DNA of 55,821 nt from an uncultured virus (IMG/VR IMGVR_UViG_3300027704_001989) (Duplodnaviria > Heunggongvirae > Uroviricota > Caudoviricetes). The first letter of the stretch is position 1, and each line of letters opens with the position of its first letter. Under the pieces are notes generated by a model. The model searched no databases. It saw only the letters and a program-made list of their open reading frames with translations, and was not told where the DNA came from. Below, piece after piece: positions 28,254 through 37,935 of the stretch. A program made the position numbers and the translations under genes. The stretch is taken from IMG/VR virus record IMGVR_UViG_3300027704_001989. The stretch is one strand, 5' to 3'.

Positions 28254-29051
28254 TTAATTACCTTGCTGGATTGACACTGCACAACCGCCTACAGTATAGC
28301 AAGCCTGATAAAGATTGTATGTTTGGTTTGAGGTGCCTGTTTGTATTAAATCTAATGATGTGCCATATGATCCAGTTAAATCAATAGTAGCAGTATGCAC
28401 CCCATATTCTTTCTGTTGAATCTGGACATTATTATTAGGATTCCGTATAGTAAGATTAAGTGTCTTAGCAACGTTTCCTCGTTGTTCAACCCAAACATTA
28501 TTATTATCACTAAAAATTAACTGATTATATGTATGACCACCATTACCTGAATTTGCCTGATAACCTGTTACATTATTATCACTTCCATGTATATCAAATC
28601 TTGCATAATGACCACCACTCTCAACACCATCGTAACTGAATGTAGTGTCAGTTGAAGAACTTAATTTACCGCCTTGTCCCCAACGAATTGAATTATTGTC
28701 GCCGTCTAAGTGCCATAGTTCTATTACATTTTGATTAGTGCCGTCATTGTTCTGATAGAAAGCAAACTTCTGGTCATCGCCTTCGATGTATGCTGAGTAA
28801 TTATACATTTTAATTGTGTTATCTGACCCTATTTGGTCTATGATAAGAGTAAAATTCTTTCCGGTCACTGGCGTTATAGTGATTTCATTATCTGATCCTG
28901 ACTGTAGTACATCTAAAATTAAATCGTCGCCGGTTTGATCAATAGTTAATTCGTTATCACTCGCAATGCATGCCTGTGCTGTAAAAAACAGTACTATGAC
29001 TAGTATGCCTAAGTGTGTTCCTGTCATTTTGTTTAATATATTTTTAATCAT
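28254..29051 (-). CDS. Curlin-repeat secreted protein (CsgA/CsgB-like)
   Basis: Signal peptide, then repeated N-x5-Q-x-G units (NELTIDQTG, NNVWVEQRG, NNVQIQQ); C-terminal Cys pair. Confidence 0.78.
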   Translation of the reverse strand: MIKNILNKMTGTHLGILVIVLFFTAQACIASDNELTIDQTGDDLILDVLQSGSDNEITITPVTGKNFTLIIDQIGSDNTIKMYNYSAYIEGDDQKFAFYQNNDGTNQNVIELWHLDGDNNSIRWGQGGKLSSSTDTTFSYDGVESGGHYARFDIHGSDNNVTGYQANSGNGGHTYNQLIFSDNNNVWVEQRGNVAKTLNLTIRNPNNNVQIQQKEYGVHTATIDLTGSYGTSLDLIQTGTSNQTYNLYQACYTVGGCAVSIQQGN

Positions 29052-30216
29052 TTTGTATAATATTTATGTATATGCTATCGCAGCTGTTCAAGCATAGCAA
29101 AGTTTCTCCTGTATCTTCGTCGTAAATAGTAATCTGAGCTTTAGCACCTTGTGCTAATTTTATACCTACTTTGTTCCCAACCTGTCTAAGAAAAAACACC
29201 TTACCGTCATAGTCAGGGAATGTATTAAACTGTGTAATTGGGTCGTTGCCAAACCTTGTTCCGATTATTTTATCGCCGCCTGCAGCTGAGTTTTCTTCTG
29301 CTAATGCATCGATATTATCACTTAGCACATCAAGCAAATCGTTTAAAAATTCTACATCTAAAAAATCAATATCTAATTCACTAAATTCATAATTGTTTGC
29401 TGTATCGTCATCTAGTGTAGCAGTGTCTAAAAAGTCTTGGTCTAGTCCATCAAAGTCTAGCATACCGTTGCCGCCTTTTAGATCTGATGCTTGTTCTTGT
29501 TCTGCTTCGGTAATTTCTGCTGGTTCACTTACAATAAACATATTGTCTATCATGTTTAAATCTAAGTTTACTAGTTTAACAGGTGCAGTAGGTATAGTTT
29601 CAAATGTGCTTACCATTACCGCTTGGTACGCTTCGTCTAATACTTGCATGCCTCCTTGATTAGTTACGGTTATACTCCCACTCGGAGCACAGCCTTCTTC
29701 TAATGCTACCCTATCTGTGCAATCTGCGTCTGGTAATAATATTACTAGACTCCTACCCAGTTCGTCTACTGTGGTAGTAAAATCTGTTCCCCTTATGCCT
29801 ATACTGGCTGTAGGAGTTTGTATTGTTATATTCTCTCTTGCGACAAGTCCTAAGCCACCTGTAGCAAATCTTGCTGTACCTTGTACAAAGTTTAATGCCA
29901 TCCTGCTTTTCTCAGGATCTGGATCAAATACATACTCGTTTATTTCCATGTATGTATTTTCTGTTAGACTGACTTGTGTGTCGTCTATAAATTTAATCTT
30001 TAATCTGCCGTTAGCAGTTTCGATCTCGTCCATGCTAACAATGTCTGTTTGTAATTCTGCTTGTAAAGTTTCTCCTGATGTTCTAGATATTTTACCTACA
30101 GACCCAGACTGTTCAAATATGCCGCCGATGTTTTCAGCGGCATGTGTTGAAGTTATTGCAATGCAACCAAGTAGTAAAAGATACTTAGTCTTGTTGAATA
30201 ACACTGATCGACGCAT
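29044..30216 (-). CDS. FecR-domain exported protein with acidic C-terminal region
   Basis: DEIETANG..IKFIDDTQVSL..GTARF..IQTPTASIGIRGTDF FecR pattern; N-terminal signal/TM; start uncertain. Confidence 0.88.
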   Translation of the reverse strand: MRRSVLFNKTKYLLLLGCIAITSTHAAENIGGIFEQSGSVGKISRTSGETLQAELQTDIVSMDEIETANGRLKIKFIDDTQVSLTENTYMEINEYVFDPDPEKSRMALNFVQGTARFATGGLGLVARENITIQTPTASIGIRGTDFTTTVDELGRSLVILLPDADCTDRVALEEGCAPSGSITVTNQGGMQVLDEAYQAVMVSTFETIPTAPVKLVNLDLNMIDNMFIVSEPAEITEAEQEQASDLKGGNGMLDFDGLDQDFLDTATLDDDTANNYEFSELDIDFLDVEFLNDLLDVLSDNIDALAEENSAAGGDKIIGTRFGNDPITQFNTFPDYDGKVFFLRQVGNKVGIKLAQGAKAQITIYDEDTGETLLCLNSCDSIYINIIQND

Positions 30217-30985
30217 TTTCACTATCAATGTCTAGGTTAATAACACCTGCACATGCTGGTGTGCATGTAGAAGTCATGTTCTGTATCAGTTGGAAGTCTC
30301 CATCTGAACCCATAAGTTCTACTGTCATGCTGTTACCATCATTACTTGCCTGTTTTGTTGCAAACGCATTGTCATCGCCTGTAACATCAAAGTTCCAAAT
30401 ATTGTTACTTGAATCTATTACTATGCCTGCTAACGTCTGCGAACCAGTTCCGTTATTAGCAGAATTACCTGTAGCCCATACTTTAGTGTTAGTAAAACTT
30501 GATGAAAAGTCGTTTCTATCACCTAGTATGTAAAGATCCATATTTGTACTTTCAGCAACTGCGTTTCCACCAATATCTATATCAAATAAGTTACTAGAAC
30601 CCATTATGTTTGTTAAGATGTCAGTATAGTCACCACTGCCTGTGGCACCAATATTCATATCCCAAATATTACTATCTCCTCGGAAATATAAGTCAATCAC
30701 ACTTGAACCTGAACCGTCTAGAATCCACGAACCAAAAGTTTCGTTAAGATTACCGTCTTGTATAAGATCAATAATTAATGATCCACCCGTTAAGGTTAGA
30801 TCAGTTGATTGAGAAGTATCTCCCGATAAACTGTTTCCATAACCTGCTTGTAACACAGTTAAAGTTAAGTTATCACCCACTTGATCGATTAATACTTCGT
30901 TATCTGCACTCGATATATCCGATGCCGTAAAAAAGCAAACCGTAGCGAAGACACCTGCAAATAGTTTGCTTGTAAAAGTCTTCAT
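30185..30985 (-). CDS. Curlin-like beta-solenoid secreted protein
   Basis: Signal peptide, DNEVLIDQVGDN, repeated G(D/S)xN turns, C-terminal CTPAC; RBS GGAG before ATG 30985; resembles 28254..29051 at both ends. Confidence 0.7.
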   Translation of the reverse strand: MKTFTSKLFAGVFATVCFFTASDISSADNEVLIDQVGDNLTLTVLQAGYGNSLSGDTSQSTDLTLTGGSLIIDLIQDGNLNETFGSWILDGSGSSVIDLYFRGDSNIWDMNIGATGSGDYTDILTNIMGSSNLFDIDIGGNAVAESTNMDLYILGDRNDFSSSFTNTKVWATGNSANNGTGSQTLAGIVIDSSNNIWNFDVTGDDNAFATKQASNDGNSMTVELMGSDGDFQLIQNMTSTCTPACAGVINLDIDSENASISVIQQD

Positions 30986-31004
30986 TTTATTCTCCATATT
31001 ATGA

Positions 31005-31964
31005 TTAATCATTCTCATTATCCTCTAAAGCAATTTTGCTATTAGAGGGCTCGTCATTAGTTTCTAATCCTGTGTCAGTACCGTCGACTGTACTTGTTGT
31101 AGTGTCATTTCCCAAATCTAATGGGTAATTTATTTTCCAGAAACTTCTTTCATCTCCTTGCTCTATGAGAGCGTAAACTGCAGCTTCAATTGCTGATCTA
31201 ACACCCCATGTCACACTTTCATTCTCTGTTATACCAGTCTCAATTTCAAGGAGTTTCGTTTCCATATCAAGAAATTTGAATACGTCACTGCTTACCCCAA
31301 CACTGAGAATAGTTTTGTATGTCTGTACATTTAAGATCACCTCACCAGTGAGTACACTGACTGCTCTAAGCGAAACGACTACACTGTCTCGCCTATACCG
31401 GTTAGATGAACCTATACCAAGATAACGAGCACCATTACCGCCGGTCTCAATATTAGAGTCGTAGCCTATAATGCCACCTTCTAATATCACTCCTGCAAAT
31501 AATAATGGTTGTACGTCTTGTTTAGGTGCTTTGGCCGTAGCATAACTATCACGTGTACTACGGATAATTTGTCTTTCTCGCACCAAGTTATCTAATCCGA
31601 ATCCTCTTTCAACAACACGAAACCAAGTGCCTGCTGGATCTGAATCAGCGCCTGCTGCTTTAAGTGCATCTATTAGTAAAGATTTAGCACCTTGTGTTAC
31701 GGCTGTGCTAAAACTTGCCGCTCCGTCTGAACTTAAACGTTGTCCGGTTAAGTCGTCGAATTTATATACTGCTACAATCGGTCTAGTTTCTGCCGGAGGT
31801 AACTGTCTTAATTTTTTGAATGTAGGTAATTCTACTTCTTGTGGTTCTTCTATGCATTCTAGGAAATCAACAGCACAGTTTTTATCTCCTGGTATAGCCA
31901 TGCTGGCGCAACCTGAGAACAACCCTACACAAAATAGTGCTAGTGCTAGGTTTCTCATTATCAA
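31005..31964 (-). CDS. csgG: Curli secretion channel CsgG (lipoprotein)
   Basis: Lipobox FSGC; VAVYKFDDLTGQR, FSTAVTQG, WFRVVER, LVRERQIIR, EGGIIGYDSN, GARYLGIG, KTILS. Confidence 0.96.
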   Translation of the reverse strand: MIMRNLALALFCVGLFSGCASMAIPGDKNCAVDFLECIEEPQEVELPTFKKLRQLPPAETRPIVAVYKFDDLTGQRLSSDGAASFSTAVTQGAKSLLIDALKAAGADSDPAGTWFRVVERGFGLDNLVRERQIIRSTRDSYATAKAPKQDVQPLLFAGVILEGGIIGYDSNIETGGNGARYLGIGSSNRYRRDSVVVSLRAVSVLTGEVILNVQTYKTILSVGVSSDVFKFLDMETKLLEIETGITENESVTWGVRSAIEAAVYALIEQGDERSFWKINYPLDLGNDTTTSTVDGTDTGLETNDEPSNSKIALEDNEND

Positions 31965-32485
31965 CCGCCGCCAATGCTACCAATACCGATCGGTATTTCT
32001 ATTTGTGTTACTGTTCCATCTGGCGATACAATAGTAAGTCTCATTACTTCTAATCCATCGTCACTTATAACTATTTGGTAACTTACGTTATTGCCTTCGA
32101 TTGTAAAATCACCCGAGTCAGAACCTGTACACTCCACTACAGTAGACGGATCACAAAACATGCTGTCAACTAATCCCTTAGAGATTTGGGCATATATCCT
32201 GCTCTCTAAATTTCTAATGAATTTGTTAATTGTGCTGTTTGAGTCTTCTCGTTCTGCTGTTCTTAGAGCAGACTCAATGTCGTCCTTAATCTTTTGTTTG
32301 CGAGTTCTTTCTTGGTTTTCAATCGTTAGGTAATGTGCTCCAGTACCTATACCACTGAAACTCGGTGATTTAAATTTATGTGTTAAAGAATCTGCAGTCG
32401 CAGTAGTGGATAGCAGTACTATCATACCTAACAAGATATAACCTAAAACTAGTAGAGGCGTATCTTTGTGTTTGTTATTAATCAT
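31961..32485 (-). CDS. csgF: Curli assembly protein CsgF
   Basis: Signal peptide, then LTHKFKSPSFSG (CsgF FxNPxFGG-like) and C-terminal GTVTQIEIP; directly upstream of csgG. Confidence 0.85.
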   Translation of the reverse strand: MINNKHKDTPLLVLGYILLGMIVLLSTTATADSLTHKFKSPSFSGIGTGAHYLTIENQERTRKQKIKDDIESALRTAEREDSNSTINKFIRNLESRIYAQISKGLVDSMFCDPSTVVECTGSDSGDFTIEGNNVSYQIVISDDGLEVMRLTIVSPDGTVTQIEIPIGIGSIGGG

Positions 32486-32488
32486 GTA

Positions 32489-32779
32489 TTAATCCTTCGT
32501 TATGTTTTTTAATGTCTCTGTGTTTCGTGCATCCTTAATAATTTGTTCTTTTGCTTTATATTCTAATACGACATTTACTTTTTGTTGTAGTCTGATCAGG
32601 TCTTGATCTAGCATACGAGTTTTGTCTATTACTTTAATTAAAGCCATGTGCATTTCTTCTAATGCTGGGTCTATCTTTTCTCCAATAAACCACCAAATGT
32701 AGTATACAAAATAACCCAAGCCAACACACATTACTACCGGAAATCCGTAGTCGTTTATTGCGTTGACAATTTGTTCCAT
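32489..32779 (-). CDS. TM plus coiled-coil membrane protein
   Basis: INDYGFPVV TM followed by a heptad helix; resembles 32945..33241. Confidence 0.8.
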   Translation of the reverse strand: MEQIVNAINDYGFPVVMCVGLGYFVYYIWWFIGEKIDPALEEMHMALIKVIDKTRMLDQDLIRLQQKVNVVLEYKAKEQIIKDARNTETLKNITKD

Positions 32780-32780
32780 G

Positions 32781-32945
32781 TTATTCCTTTATTTTAATTT
32801 TTTTAAAAACAATAGTACCGTTCTCATTAAGTGTTGTAACTAAACTGTCACCTAACTCTAAACCTAATTGATCTAAAGTTAATTCCTCATCCATTTCAAT
32901 TGAATCAGGTGTTGTACTAAACTGGTAATCGCAGAATCTCGTCAT
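32781..32945 (-). CDS. Small protein (54 aa), weakly AbrB/MazE-like
   Basis: MTRFCDYQF...LDQLGLELGDSLVTTLNENGTIVFKKIKIKE; TAATG overlap with the upstream gene; below the ORF-track cutoff. Confidence 0.7.
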   Translation of the reverse strand: MTRFCDYQFSTTPDSIEMDEELTLDQLGLELGDSLVTTLNENGTIVFKKIKIKE

Positions 32946-33241
32946 TAGTCTCTCCTTACGTCTACTTTGCCTTCTTCTACAAAGTTTTCTGCTCTAGCAA
33001 TACGTTCTATGTCTGGTCGTAAATCTAATGCACTACTCACTAGCATGTCAATCTTAATCATTTCATTTGACATTGTAGATGCACGGTTTTCTAAACTCTT
33101 ACAAAAAATTGTAAGTGTTTTTACTTGGTCAACTACACCTTCGAGTATTTGTTTTATTACTAAGAATATAAAGAAACCCATTACTATACTGCCAGCAATT
33201 GGTGCTCCTACCTCTCCTATTAATCCAAAAATTTCGCTCAT
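32945..33241 (-). CDS. TM plus coiled-coil membrane protein
   Basis: IGEVGAPIA TM; RBS GGAGG before ATG 33241; first gene of the csg operon. Confidence 0.8.
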   Translation of the reverse strand: MSEIFGLIGEVGAPIAGSIVMGFFIFLVIKQILEGVVDQVKTLTIFCKSLENRASTMSNEMIKIDMLVSSALDLRPDIERIARAENFVEEGKVDVRRD

Positions 33242-33342
33242 GCTGACCTCCGTCTTTAACATTGTGTCTTTACGGTGTTTATAACTACTATATAGTTATT
33301 GTGTGTATCGCTCGTTATAGGAAGCCTACCTACCTATAACAG

Positions 33343-33350
33343 TATTTATG
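33343..33350 (-). promoter_or_regulatory. Late-type promoter variant CATAAATA of the csg operon
   Basis: Lies between the fibre-gene terminator and a 5' hairpin. Confidence 0.6.
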
Positions 33351-33361
33351 ACTTTAAAGTC

Positions 33362-33392
33362 AAAAAAAAGCACACAGTTAAGTGTGCTTTTT
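33362..33392 (-). terminator. Intrinsic terminator, possibly bidirectional
   Basis: GCACAC stem with A tract on one side and T tract on the other. Confidence 0.85.
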
Positions 33393-33410
33393 ATTATACC
33401 TAAGTATTGT

Positions 33411-36398
33411 TTACATCATGTTAACTAGTACTTCAACTACAGCGTCTCCGCCTTCGCTTGCTTCAATTGCTTTACCAATTATTCTGCCTGCTTGTGCATT
33501 GTTGTCTGCTTTTGCTCTACCGTCTTGTGCTGAAACCATTAAGTCACCTTTAGCAACTGGACCACTTACTTTACATGGTACTCTTCCGCATAGTGCTACA
33601 AATAAGCCTTCTGCGTCATTGTTCATCATGTAAGCTGGATCAGTTGAGATAACACCAACTACTGCTGGATCGCCTTCGCTATCACTTGCTGTAATTTCTG
33701 CTTCACCACCAAACTTAACAACTGTACCTGGCTCGTAGTCTTCATCGGATGAGTATTTCTCAGCCAAATCCGCATAACGTGCTGCTGTTGCTGTTGCTGT
33801 AATAACGCCTGCACTAAAGTTACCTGAACCATCTCTGGCTACAACTTTACTTGCTGAGTTTGCACTTGTTGCGTCAACTGCTATTGTATCGGCTGCTACT
33901 ACTATGTAAGAACCTGCTCCAACGTTAAGAGTTGCTCCACCACTTGTGGCGCCACCTGTTAAACCTGAGCCTGCTGTTACTGCTGTGATGTCACCAACTG
34001 TTGTTGAGTAACCGTAACCTTCAATCTTATCGCTAATAGCTGCTGAAGTCATTAATGATGTATTATTATCTACATAACTTTCTGAGCTTAATTGAATTGC
34101 ACTTCCTGCAAAATCACTAACTGCTAATTCTGGAAGTCTAGCACTGCCTAACGTACCTGAAGTAATGTTAGATGCACTTGTTGTATCAGTAGTTGCAGAT
34201 GTTGCTAAACCACTAACTGCACCACTAGCAATTGCTATATTAACACTTGATGCACTAGTAATCTGTCCTTGTGCGTTTACAACAACTTGCGATACGCTAT
34301 CTGCGTCGCCGTATGTTGCTGCTGTAACACCTGTATCAGTAATAGCTATAGCGTCTGCACTAGCAGTAATACCAGTTCCGCCAATTACGTTTAATGTAAC
34401 TGTACCTGATGTTCCGCCGCCTGTTAAACCAGTTCCTGCTGTAACACCTTCAATATCACCTGCGTCATTAGTGAAACTAATTACACCAGTTGAACTGTTA
34501 TATGCTATATCGCCAGTTGCACTAATTGATGCTCTAGCTCTTGCTTGAGTAAAGTATTGGTTGCTTGAACCTTCGCTAACACTATCAGTATCGCCTTGTG
34601 TGAATGTTAACACACCAGTTGTACTGTTATATGCTAATTCAGTTGATGCTTCACTAATTGCTGCTCTTGCTCTTGCATCGGTATAGTATAAGCTAGTACC
34701 TTCTGCTAAGTCTGCTGTATCTGCAGCTGCAAGTTTAACATCAAATCTGCCGTCTGCGTCACTGTCAGTGTACTGAGTAATAGTTGTTGCAATTGCACCG
34801 TCTGTTACTGTAATACCTGTACCAGCACTAAAGTGTGCTCTAGTATCTGCTGCACTTGGACCTGTGTAAGTAATAACACCACTGCTATAAGAAAGACTTC
34901 CGTCTCCGCCTGCATCAGTAACACTAATGTGAGCTCTTACTTCACTAGCACTTGGGCCTGTGTAAGTAATAGCACCAGTTGAACTGTTATATGCTAATGA
35001 ACCATCTCCGCCTGCATCAGTAACACTAACACTTGCTCTAGCTCTTGTTTGAGTAAAGTATTCGTTAGTTGAGCCTTCTGTTAAATCGTCTGTATCAGTT
35101 GATATCTTAAAGTTTGTGCTTCCGTCATTAGTAAATGCCCAGTAGCCTGAACTTTCGTCCCATGTTAGATTAACGTCTGCACTTGAACCTCTGTTTACAG
35201 TTATACCAGCGTCTTCACTTGGAGTACCAGTTGCATCTCTGTTTAATTCTATTACACTATCTGCTAAAGCTGTAATTTGCGAATTAACAATAGTTTGCGT
35301 ACCACTAATGGTAACGTTACCGTTAAACGTTGTATCGTTTGTAAATGTTTTGTCGCCTGCTAATGTCTGATCGCCTGTAGTTCTTACTACAGTTGAATCA
35401 ACATCAAACGTACCTGACGCATAATCAAGTCCATCGCCGCCTACTAAGTGAGCATCGATTCTTGCTTCTGATTCTGCTTCACTAACACCAGTGAATGTTA
35501 ATACACCTGTACTGTTGTTATAAGCTAAACCACCGTCGCCGGCTGCATCAACAATACTAATTGCTGCTCTTGCTCTTGTATTCGTGTAATACTGGTTAGT
35601 ACCTTCGCTTAAATCAGCTGTGTCAGCTGCTGCAATCTTAACATCAAACCTAGCATCTGCTCTTGCTGATGTGTGGAATAAGTTAGTTGTACCTTCTGTT
35701 AAATCGTCTGTATCACCACTTAGTTCGCTTAATGCATCTGCTGTATCAACTTGTGCATCAACGTATGCTTTAGTAGCTGCGTCTTGAGCTGCAACAGGAT
35801 CATCAACGTTGTTGATATTGTTGCTGTTCATGTTAATGTTCGAAGCAAACTTAACACCGCCTGTTGAACTAATTGTCTTAGTTGCTGTAATAGCAATGTC
35901 TGACTTCAGTTGGATTGATCCACCTGATGTAAGTTCTAAGTCACCGGTGCCAGTAGTTAAAATACTGATGTTCTGGTTATTGTCTGCACTAAACTGTATT
36001 GTTCCTGAATTATCTTCAAGTACTTTTTGTCCGTTAACGTAAAGTGAACCTGGTCCAACATATACATCTTTCCACACATTAGTTAAACTACCTAATGAGT
36101 ATGTATTGTTTGCACTTGGTATCAAGTTACCTGTTAAGTTTTCGTAGTCTATACTGATGGTTGCGTCACCGTCGGTAGCGCCACCTGTTAATCCTGATCC
36201 AGCTACAACAGAAGTGATATCACCTGTTGCTGCTGCTACTACCTCATCATACTTTGCTAATCGTGTTCCACCAGCAGTCGAGCCGTCATGGACGCGAAGC
36301 GTGTCCAAATCGGTATCGACCGTGATTTCACCTACTAATCCCGTAAATGAGCCGTGTTGTGCGGTCGTACCGCGTCTAAACTGAATAGCTGTTGCCAT
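33411..36398 (-). CDS. Tail fibre/virion fibre protein
   Basis: N-terminal IQFRRGT..GEITVDTD..HDGSTAGG domain, EGTNxYYTxARA repeats, C-terminal YADLAEKY..GRVPCKV chaperone-type domain; GATAAATA at 36450-36457. Confidence 0.85.
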   Translation of the reverse strand: MATAIQFRRGTTAQHGSFTGLVGEITVDTDLDTLRVHDGSTAGGTRLAKYDEVVAAATGDITSVVAGSGLTGGATDGDATISIDYENLTGNLIPSANNTYSLGSLTNVWKDVYVGPGSLYVNGQKVLEDNSGTIQFSADNNQNISILTTGTGDLELTSGGSIQLKSDIAITATKTISSTGGVKFASNINMNSNNINNVDDPVAAQDAATKAYVDAQVDTADALSELSGDTDDLTEGTTNLFHTSARADARFDVKIAAADTADLSEGTNQYYTNTRARAAISIVDAAGDGGLAYNNSTGVLTFTGVSEAESEARIDAHLVGGDGLDYASGTFDVDSTVVRTTGDQTLAGDKTFTNDTTFNGNVTISGTQTIVNSQITALADSVIELNRDATGTPSEDAGITVNRGSSADVNLTWDESSGYWAFTNDGSTNFKISTDTDDLTEGSTNEYFTQTRARASVSVTDAGGDGSLAYNSSTGAITYTGPSASEVRAHISVTDAGGDGSLSYSSGVITYTGPSAADTRAHFSAGTGITVTDGAIATTITQYTDSDADGRFDVKLAAADTADLAEGTSLYYTDARARAAISEASTELAYNSTTGVLTFTQGDTDSVSEGSSNQYFTQARARASISATGDIAYNSSTGVISFTNDAGDIEGVTAGTGLTGGGTSGTVTLNVIGGTGITASADAIAITDTGVTAATYGDADSVSQVVVNAQGQITSASSVNIAIASGAVSGLATSATTDTTSASNITSGTLGSARLPELAVSDFAGSAIQLSSESYVDNNTSLMTSAAISDKIEGYGYSTTVGDITAVTAGSGLTGGATSGGATLNVGAGSYIVVAADTIAVDATSANSASKVVARDGSGNFSAGVITATATAARYADLAEKYSSDEDYEPGTVVKFGGEAEITASDSEGDPAVVGVISTDPAYMMNNDAEGLFVALCGRVPCKVSGPVAKGDLMVSAQDGRAKADNNAQAGRIIGKAIEASEGGDAVVEVLVNMM

Positions 36399-36461
36399 TT
36401 TATATTCCCCGTTAAATCTTTGTTAGAAAATGATTTTTATTTATAACACTATTTATCGTTT

Positions 36462-37919
36462 TCATTTAATTAGCCATCTTTCTAAGTCATCTGATATATC
36501 AGCTAACTTGATCCATGCCTCGCCTGTTACTTGTCCCTTACATACAATTGCACATCCATGTGTTACTACTGGTGCCCATTCATTGCGTTCAGTTCTACTT
36601 TTATATTCTTGTTGTCTTTCAAATTCTGACGTTTCGTGTCCTGTGTACATATCTTCGCCAGTTGTGTGAGTTTCGTACACTACTGTATTCTCAGGAGTTT
36701 GAAAATCTCTAGGTAGTGTAGAATTAAAATGACTCTCAATAGTATGGTCTCGTTTTTCCCATTCCATTATGTGTACACCTAATTCCTTTCTGTTTCCACG
36801 CTCATCAGCGTAATACTTATCTTGCCAATAGTTCCAACCTGCCCCGCCAATTACTGCTGGGTTTTTTGAAACCACTCCGACGATACAATCGCCCTCACCA
36901 GCAGTTACTAACTTACCTTTAGGGCTAAGTGTAACTACATATCCTGTTCTGTCTTCTTTGCGAGGATTACCGTCACCCCACTCAAACATCTCTGCATAAC
37001 CCGAATTGTTACTATGAACGGTGCTGTCGCTAAATACTGCTCCTGTACCGTTTACTGCAAATACTTTTTGTGCATAAGTATCACCGTTTTCTAAACTTTG
37101 ATTCTTTGCTTCAATAAAATTGTATGACTTATTAGAAGTTGCCTGTGTTGATAGATCCATCATGTTTCCGTGATAGAATCTACTTGGTGCATATCCATTA
37201 AAAATATTTTTATTGTTATTAGGCTGATACACATTTAATCTGCTTTGCGTCTCATCATGCATAAGTCCTAATGACAAATCACCTGCTCCTGTTAAGTTTA
37301 TTCCTTGTCTATTCTTTCTACTAACGCCTCTAAATAAAAATGCATTGCTGTCATCAGCATCACTTTCAATTAATAGACCTCTTGTTTGTCCTTTACCGTC
37401 AGTCGGTAACGATGCTTCACTGTTATAATTAGATCTAATATGCACACTACCTGGACCTACTGCTTTAGGATTAGTTATGCCTATTCCCATTGCGCCGCCT
37501 TTGTTAAAACTCTGCATCACAAGATCACCTTTGGAAATATCTAGTCCGTCCTTTGTTCCAGTGAATCGAAATGTTTCTTGGCCATTAAGCACTAATTCCG
37601 ATTTAGTCAATGTTGCTTCCACTTTGTCTTTTGTTTTATCAATGTGATCTAGTCTCTGGTTTTCTGCAATTACTTGTTCTCTAATTTCTTTATATAACTC
37701 TTTCTTTAATTCTGCTTTAAATTCTGCTAATGCATCTGCTGTAGTACTTTCTTTTTTCTTCCTAGAAGTTCCTATAGTCTGTTTTTTTGTATCTACCTTA
37801 GTACTTTCTTTTTTCTTCCTGGAAGTTCCAATTGGTTGCGTTTCATTCTCAACTGGGTTGTCTTCTTTTTTAATATCTTTATTTTTTATGATCTTAATTT
37901 CCTTTTTTGCTCTTGGCAT
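36462..37919 (-). CDS. Fibre-associated protein with Lys-rich N-terminus and peptidase G2/IMC-like C-terminus
   Basis: YAEMFEWGDGNP..EDRTGYVV..GVVS..RTERNEW. Confidence 0.75.
   Translation of the reverse strand: MPRAKKEIKIIKNKDIKKEDNPVENETQPIGTSRKKKESTKVDTKKQTIGTSRKKKESTTADALAEFKAELKKELYKEIREQVIAENQRLDHIDKTKDKVEATLTKSELVLNGQETFRFTGTKDGLDISKGDLVMQSFNKGGAMGIGITNPKAVGPGSVHIRSNYNSEASLPTDGKGQTRGLLIESDADDSNAFLFRGVSRKNRQGINLTGAGDLSLGLMHDETQSRLNVYQPNNNKNIFNGYAPSRFYHGNMMDLSTQATSNKSYNFIEAKNQSLENGDTYAQKVFAVNGTGAVFSDSTVHSNNSGYAEMFEWGDGNPRKEDRTGYVVTLSPKGKLVTAGEGDCIVGVVSKNPAVIGGAGWNYWQDKYYADERGNRKELGVHIMEWEKRDHTIESHFNSTLPRDFQTPENTVVYETHTTGEDMYTGHETSEFERQQEYKSRTERNEWAPVVTHGCAIVCKGQVTGEAWIKLADISDDLERWLIK
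37742..37832 (-). repeat. Two 34-bp direct repeats (IGTSRKKKEST), 57 bp apart
   Basis: 37742-37775 versus 37799-37832, 2 mismatches. Confidence 0.85.
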
Positions 37920-37935
37920 GTGTGTGTCCTATTAT

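Noticed and set aside
33242..33410. tRNA or glnA glutamine riboswitch upstream of the csg operon
   Set aside because: No cloverleaf or T-loop and no glnA consensus seen; kept only as an unassigned structured leader. No tRNA or rRNA was seen anywhere in the window.
37902..37908. A_AAA_AAG at codons 4-6 of 36462..37919
   Set aside because: The -1 frame stops within three codons, no clear stimulator, and the Lys-rich context explains it.
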